Assembly: GCA_048886185.1 (NCBI GenBank)
Contig: JBHLKY010000038.1
Location: 13,573 to 25,900, forward strand
DNA length: 12,328 nucleotides
Direction of reading: 5' to 3'
Source of the DNA: Candidatus Hermodarchaeota archaeon
Lineage (GTDB): Archaea; Asgardarchaeota; Heimdallarchaeia; Hodarchaeales; Hodarchaeaceae
Shown here piece by piece: positions 7,879 to 12,328 of this stretch. Numbering within the stretch: the first letter of the stretch is position 1; every line of letters starts with the position of its first letter. A program made the translations under genes and the position numbers. The notes under the pieces are model-generated. The model saw only the letters and a list, made by a program, of their open reading frames with translations, had not been told where the DNA came from and did not search any database.

Positions 7879-7994
7879 GGAATTACAATCATTTAGAGAA
7901 GTGCATTAAAAAAATCATGCCTTCCCTTCGGAGCGCCAAGGAGAGGCGCAATGACATAAATTCCCAAGTTAAAACGAGATATTCTCGTAAAGGA
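7879..7994 (+). ncRNA. Putative structured 5' leader (three-way junction plus RBS-proximal hairpin); no known family recognised
   Basis: Complementary pairs: GGAATT 7879-84/AATTCC 7959-64; TCATT 7889-93/AATGA 7950-54; GAAG(T)GCAT 7898-7906/ATGCCTTC 7917-24; GCGCC 7933-37/GGCGC 7945-49; ACGAGA 7974-79/TCTCGT 7983-88, adjacent to AAGGA 7990-94. Confidence 0.4.
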
Positions 7995-8004
7995 AACAAT
8001 AAAA

Positions 8005-9879
8005 ATGAACACAAAAAAATTATTGACAAGTATAGCGTTTCTCTCTGTCCTAATCTTCCCCATAGCGATGGCTGCTCAAGCAACTCCGTTATCTGGGGCT
8101 ATTTTTACGACAACTGTGGACGGAACTATCGTTAATGAGAACGTACATTATGAGATTAAAGAGGATGTCTACCTTGATGGTGGGCCAGGCCCAAATGCAC
8201 CATCGTCGGCTGCAGGTCTGCCTGAGGGTGACTACTATTTTCAAGTAACGGATCCAAGCGGTAAAGACCTCCTTTCGACTGACCACATTGATTGTCGCAA
8301 GATCCATGTTAATGAGTACGGTGTTATTGACTTCGTTTATCCTGGGCAGAATTATAAATATCAGAATGGAAAAGACTCAGGATGGATTACAGTGGACTGT
8401 CAACATAACACTGGTGTTGATGTGGATCATGCAGAACTGGGTGCAATTACGGTCCAGCTTTTTCCCTATGAAGACACTCCTAATCCTGGTGGTGTCTATA
8501 AAGTATGGATAACTCCAGTTGACAAGTATTCTCCTCTCAATACATTCAATCCCGAGGGAGATAAACATCAAGATGTCAACAATGAAGGCTACGCTGCTGG
8601 AAACTTCCATGGCTTCCTCCCTGCATGGTCAAAGACTGACAATTACAAAGTTAAACAACACGGTAAACCCTACGTGCCTCCAATGATCACTGTTCGTAAG
8701 TTCCATGACAAAAACATCAATGGAATCCAAGATATTGGCGAAGAAACCATTGAAGGATGGGCGGTCGATGTTACTGATTCTTTAGGTGTAACCAATACTG
8801 TCTTTACTACCGCCATGGTGGATGCTTCTGAACCAGGCACATACACTTTTGTTGAAGATACACCAACCGCTACTTTCCAAACGGTTAGTATTCTAGATGG
8901 GAGCATCGTATCCCAATATCCATCTGCCAATCCAACTGTGCTAGTCCCAGTCAGTGGGGAATCTGAGGAGACCCATGAGGTTGTCTATGGGAATGTAGGA
9001 TTGGGCTCCATTACTGCCACGAAGATTTATGATCGGAATGGAGATGGGGTTGTTGATCCAGATGAACCTGGAATCCCTGGTTGGAAAATAGAACTTTCTG
9101 GTACGACCATAAATGGCTTAATAGTTGGTCCAATTATTCAAAATACTGGTGCTGATGGATCTACTACATTTTATGATTTACTTCCAGGAACTTATACCCT
9201 CACTGAGTTGGTACCCTTGATTGGCGGATGGATTTCAACAGGACCAACATCATATACCTTCACTATTGAGTCCTCTTTGACAGGGTCTACTGTATATGGA
9301 TCTGAATTTGAAACTTACTTTACTAACTTCTGCGTTGGAACCGCTAACTTTGACACCAAAGGCTACTGGCATAATAAGAATGGCCTACAAGAATTAACAG
9401 AAGGAGACAGAGATTTTGTCAATCTACTTGCTCCTTATGCAGTGGCATCCGACTACTTTGGCAATGGTGATGAACCTTTTGATGGATTCTTCTCTGATGG
9501 CACTCCAGTTGACGCTGCATATAATAACGACGACAATTCACTGATTTGGGGCACAGGAACCTGGGAAGCTGAAGTCTCTCACTTCTTAATTGATGCCAAT
9601 GCTGGTGGTGATCCTCGAGAACAGTTAGCACAGCAATTGCTTGCATTTATCTTCAACACAAGACACCGCCTTGATAATCCAGGTGCGACAATTCTGTTAC
9701 CTGATGGCTCTTGGGTTAGTGCTCAAAGTATCATTGATGCTGCAATCATTGCCTGGTCAACTCCTGATTCTGCCGATGACCACTATTGGGAATCTATCCT
9801 TGATCAACTGAACAACAATGATGCTGTCAGATTTATTCACTTTTACCCTTGTCAGGTAATTTATCCCCTCCTGAACTAG
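8005..9879 (+). CDS. Secreted multidomain protein with two SdrD-B/CnaB-like (prealbumin-fold) domains; adhesin/pilin-like
   Basis: Signal peptide (MNTKK, hydrophobic stretch, AMA/AQA). N-terminal domain LSGAIFTT...VYLDGGP...GLPEGDYYFQVTDPSG. Repeats VRKFHDKNINGIQDIGEETIEGW...PGTYTFVE...YGN and ATKIYDRNGDGVVDPDEPGIPGW...PGTYTLTE...FTN. C-terminal TKGYWHN...LAQQLLAFIFN helical domain; no C-terminal TM. Confidence 0.85.
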   Translation: MNTKKLLTSIAFLSVLIFPIAMAAQATPLSGAIFTTTVDGTIVNENVHYEIKEDVYLDGGPGPNAPSSAAGLPEGDYYFQVTDPSGKDLLSTDHIDCRKIHVNEYGVIDFVYPGQNYKYQNGKDSGWITVDCQHNTGVDVDHAELGAITVQLFPYEDTPNPGGVYKVWITPVDKYSPLNTFNPEGDKHQDVNNEGYAAGNFHGFLPAWSKTDNYKVKQHGKPYVPPMITVRKFHDKNINGIQDIGEETIEGWAVDVTDSLGVTNTVFTTAMVDASEPGTYTFVEDTPTATFQTVSILDGSIVSQYPSANPTVLVPVSGESEETHEVVYGNVGLGSITATKIYDRNGDGVVDPDEPGIPGWKIELSGTTINGLIVGPIIQNTGADGSTTFYDLLPGTYTLTELVPLIGGWISTGPTSYTFTIESSLTGSTVYGSEFETYFTNFCVGTANFDTKGYWHNKNGLQELTEGDRDFVNLLAPYAVASDYFGNGDEPFDGFFSDGTPVDAAYNNDDNSLIWGTGTWEAEVSHFLIDANAGGDPREQLAQQLLAFIFNTRHRLDNPGATILLPDGSWVSAQSIIDAAIIAWSTPDSADDHYWESILDQLNNNDAVRFIHFYPCQVIYPLLN

Positions 9880-9911
9880 AGTAACGTTCCAAAAGTGAGA
9901 ATACAGAACCT

Positions 9912-9943
9912 GAAGGTTAAAAAACCTTCCCCTCTTTTTTTTT
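9912..9943 (+). terminator. Hairpin + T9 intrinsic-type terminator
   Basis: GAAGGTT (9912-18), AAAA loop, AACCTTC (9923-29), then CCCTC and T9 (9935-43); 32 nt after the stop. Confidence 0.7.
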
Positions 9944-10264
9944 CAACACTCCAACTAATAATAATGTAAATTCTGCAATAGTATTCCTCTTTCTATTTTA
10001 TTTATATTTTCTGTAAATAGTCTAAATTTAGTTATATAATTTTTTCAATTAATTTTGACTGAAATTGTAACAAATATTTAATGTTTTGAGCTATACTATC
10101 ATTATTCTTCCAGCCATGGGTTGTTTTCCCGTTTTCCTTTCTACTTTTCCCATTGCCAATATGGTATACCCTAATAGGGATTGAATTTCTCTCTATCAAA
10201 GGAGTGATGAACTTATCGAAGAAAGCTTTGGATGATTATTGATAGTCAAAATTGAGGCTGTTAT

Positions 10265-11308
10265 ATGAAATCCTTTCAGTTGCCTAACAAAACTCTTAAT
10301 TGGTTATTAGAAGACACTAATCCCCCTGTAAGAAATATGACGAAAAAATTCTTGATAGATCAAACACTTTCAACAGATGAGATCGCAGAAGTGAATGGTT
10401 ATCATCCAATTGAAAAGCTAATTTCCTTGATCAAACCAGATGGAAGCTGGAGTAATTCAAAAAACCCTTACAAGAAATATACAGGTAATTACTGGCAATT
10501 AATTTTCTTATGCGAGTTGAATGCTAATCCAGACGAATTAATCCGTAAAGCGGGAGAGCAGATCCTCTCCTATCAACTTCCCGAAGGCGGCTTTACTCAC
10601 AAAATAGGCTCTAAATTCCCATTGATATGTTTAACAGCAAATATCATTCGGTCACTCATTCATTTTGAGATTAATGATGAACGAACTCAGAAAGGGATTG
10701 TTTTTCTCACTCAACGCATTCTCAATGATCAGGGAACATTTTGTTCTCCTGATCCTTTATATACTCTCTTACCTGACTGTCAGATGGCACTTACAAAGGC
10801 CTTGGCTTTGTACGCTACATTAAACAATAATAAGTTGAACGAGGATATTAAGCGAGCAGTAGACATCATTGTAGATAAAATTTTAGAGAATAGAGTTTTC
10901 CGATATATTCCTAGTGGTGCCAAAGATTACTATAATTTGATTAAAGGAAAGAAAAGTGTGGAGATAAGAAAAATCAGAAAACAAATGATATCCCAACCTA
11001 AAGTGTTCGAAAAAACGGAAATAAAGAAAAGTTGGTTGAAATTCGGATTTCCTCAATCATATACTTCTGATGCACTTGAAACATTATATTGGCTCGTAAT
11101 GAGTAAAATTCCCTATCATCAGGAATTTGATGAGGCTATCACTCACATAATTCAATCCATGGATCCTACAGGCTATTGGGTGAATCAGAGCTCTTTTAGA
11201 AATCCCATGTTGGTCGAAATTGAACCCAAAAACGCCCCTTCTAAATGGTTGACCTTCAGAGCGTGCTTTGTTCTCAAGAATTACTGTAATTTCTCAATTC
11301 AAGATTAA
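10265..11308 (+). CDS. Alpha/alpha-toroid protein, prenyltransferase/squalene-cyclase-repeat-like; function unknown
   Basis: WLLEDTNPPVR, QW-like repeats (IKPDGSW, QLPEGGF, MDPTGYW), YKKYTGNYWQL, CLTAN, FGFPQSYTSDALE, PSKWLTFRA. I recall this conserved uncharacterised family being misannotated as 'NifH' in databases; there is no P-loop here. GAGG RBS. Confidence 0.8.
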   Translation: MKSFQLPNKTLNWLLEDTNPPVRNMTKKFLIDQTLSTDEIAEVNGYHPIEKLISLIKPDGSWSNSKNPYKKYTGNYWQLIFLCELNANPDELIRKAGEQILSYQLPEGGFTHKIGSKFPLICLTANIIRSLIHFEINDERTQKGIVFLTQRILNDQGTFCSPDPLYTLLPDCQMALTKALALYATLNNNKLNEDIKRAVDIIVDKILENRVFRYIPSGAKDYYNLIKGKKSVEIRKIRKQMISQPKVFEKTEIKKSWLKFGFPQSYTSDALETLYWLVMSKIPYHQEFDEAITHIIQSMDPTGYWVNQSSFRNPMLVEIEPKNAPSKWLTFRACFVLKNYCNFSIQD

Positions 11309-11349
11309 TTTGGTTGAATTATGATCCTTTATTAGCATTAATCAAAATC

Positions 11350-11386
11350 TAAAAGGACAAAGTTCATCCTTATTATTTGCCTTTTA
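11350..11386. terminator. Hairpin between convergent genes; possible bidirectional terminator
   Basis: TAAAAGG-A-CAAA (11350-61) pairs with TTTG-CCTTTTA (11376-86) with one bulged A; 14-nt loop. Confidence 0.45.
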
Positions 11387-11467
11387 TGACAAATTCAAGG
11401 TAGCGAAGAGAGTTAGGTATCAAAGTATATCTCTATATTATTGTCAAACGAATTTATTATGGCAAAC

Positions 11468-12328
11468 CTACCAAAAGCCACTCCAAGACTTAAGGAGCCA
11501 ATCCTTAATTGTTTTTGAGTACGAAGACAGTTTTAAAATTTTACTTAACCATCCCGCAAGGGTGACTCCTGCTTCAATTTTAAACCTGAGCTGAATGGAC
11601 CATTCATTGGGTTTATTAGTATAATAGGTAATTGACATGGGTGCATAGGGTACCGCAGCAACAAATGGGCCTCCAACATCATAAATCAAGAATGCAAGTT
11701 TACAAGTTAATTTGGGGATTACACTTAGTCCTGCTGATCCTGAAATTTGGGGAGTACCTCGGTTCACGTTCACATAACTATCCCATATTGTACTCCAGCC
11801 AGATGCCACATTCCATCTGATCCCTGCCTTATACATTGTCTCTAATGAGACCCAACTTGAGATCGATATTTTACCCCAAGCGTTGAATTCAATACCAGCA
11901 TCCACGGTTAATTGTAAATTAGCCCATACTGGTACGCTACCTGCCCAAAAATAAAATCTATTAGACAATGTAAGTAATCTGTAAGTCCACTCTTTGCTGT
12001 AACTGACTCCTACACCTAAGGAAGCTTCCAACTTTATTGAAGGGGTTATTTTCATCCACGATTCAAACCATTGTAGTTTAAATCCCTTCCTCTCCCAACC
12101 CATGAACCATTGTATTTGTAATATGGGAGTTGCTCTCAAAGTTATATCTAGACCAACAGTTCCACCAATTCTCCAGATCTTTTCACAAGGGCTAGGAGCG
12201 ATCGTATAGCTCCATGTTTTCGACCAATCGCTTCCAGGCTTACAAATATTTTCAGTTATTCTACTAGAAGGAATATAAGGATGAGAATAATTGATAGCGA
12301 ATACTTTATATTGTTCTAAAGCTGTTTC
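11468..12328 (-). CDS. Trp-rich, beta-strand-rich hypothetical protein (C-terminal 286 aa; start lies beyond the window edge)
   Basis: The frame has no stop from 12328 to 11468. Upstream of the track's TTG it reads ETALEQYKVFAINYSHPYIPSSRITENICKPGSDWSKTWSYTIAPSPCEKIWRIGGTVGLDIT, so the 12139 start is an artefact. Long alternating polar/hydrophobic strands. Confidence 0.85.
   Translation of the reverse strand, partial: ETALEQYKVFAINYSHPYIPSSRITENICKPGSDWSKTWSYTIAPSPCEKIWRIGGTVGLDITLRATPILQIQWFMGWERKGFKLQWFESWMKITPSIKLEASLGVGVSYSKEWTYRLLTLSNRFYFWAGSVPVWANLQLTVDAGIEFNAWGKISISSWVSLETMYKAGIRWNVASGWSTIWDSYVNVNRGTPQISGSAGLSVIPKLTCKLAFLIYDVGGPFVAAVPYAPMSITYYTNKPNEWSIQLRFKIEAGVTLAGWLSKILKLSSYSKTIKDWLLKSWSGFW

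Noticed and set aside
7839-8135. 98-aa + strand ORF and antisense 7889-8083 ORF
   Set aside because: Both overlap the start of the 624-aa gene out of frame or antisense; there is no clear RBS, and the region is better explained as promoter/leader.
8089-9646. Shadow ORFs 8089-8307, 8288-8512, 8377-8610, 8670-8930, 9419-9646
   Set aside because: All lie inside the 624-aa gene; higher GC reduces chance stop codons.
10265-11308. 'NifH' label often attached to this family
   Set aside because: No P-loop or Fe-S Cys motifs of nitrogenase Fe protein.
11632-11820. 62-aa + strand ORF
   Set aside because: Antisense to the long beta-rich CDS.
12137-12139. TTG start proposed by the ORF track
   Set aside because: The frame stays open to 12328, so the true start is outside the window.
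1-12328. CRISPR array, tRNA/rRNA, IS/transposase, integrase
   Set aside because: No regularly spaced direct repeats with unique spacers, cloverleaf/rRNA motifs, DDE or tyrosine-recombinase motifs, or terminal inverted repeats with target duplications were seen.

Overview
AT-rich prokaryotic window with ordinary start/stop usage and GGAG/GAGG/AAGGA ribosome-binding sites. The gene families suggest an archaeon, possibly Asgard/Heimdallarchaeia-like (inference from a tandem Lrp/AsnC regulator and an SBBP protein with a PGF-like C-terminal sorting tail). It is a cell-surface/export accessory region. Left arm (- strand): a 7-blade SBBP beta-propeller surface protein, a CPBP (Abi/CAAX-type) intramembrane protease and a partial ABC ATPase missing from the ORF track. 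Right arm (+ strand): a double Lrp/AsnC regulator; a small membrane protein, hypothetical protein, ABC ATPase and ABC-2 permease cluster; a higher-GC secreted protein with two SdrD-B/CnaB-like domains; and an alpha/alpha-toroid (prenyltransferase-like) protein. A Trp-rich all-beta protein on the - strand runs off the right edge. No rRNA, tRNA, CRISPR array, integrase or transposase was recognised. The most unusual signal is a ~130-nt putative 5' leader (7844-8004) with nested complementary segments, a possible pseudoknot and a minimal uORF, upstream of the CnaB-like gene. All structure and homology calls are by eye, without folding or database searches.
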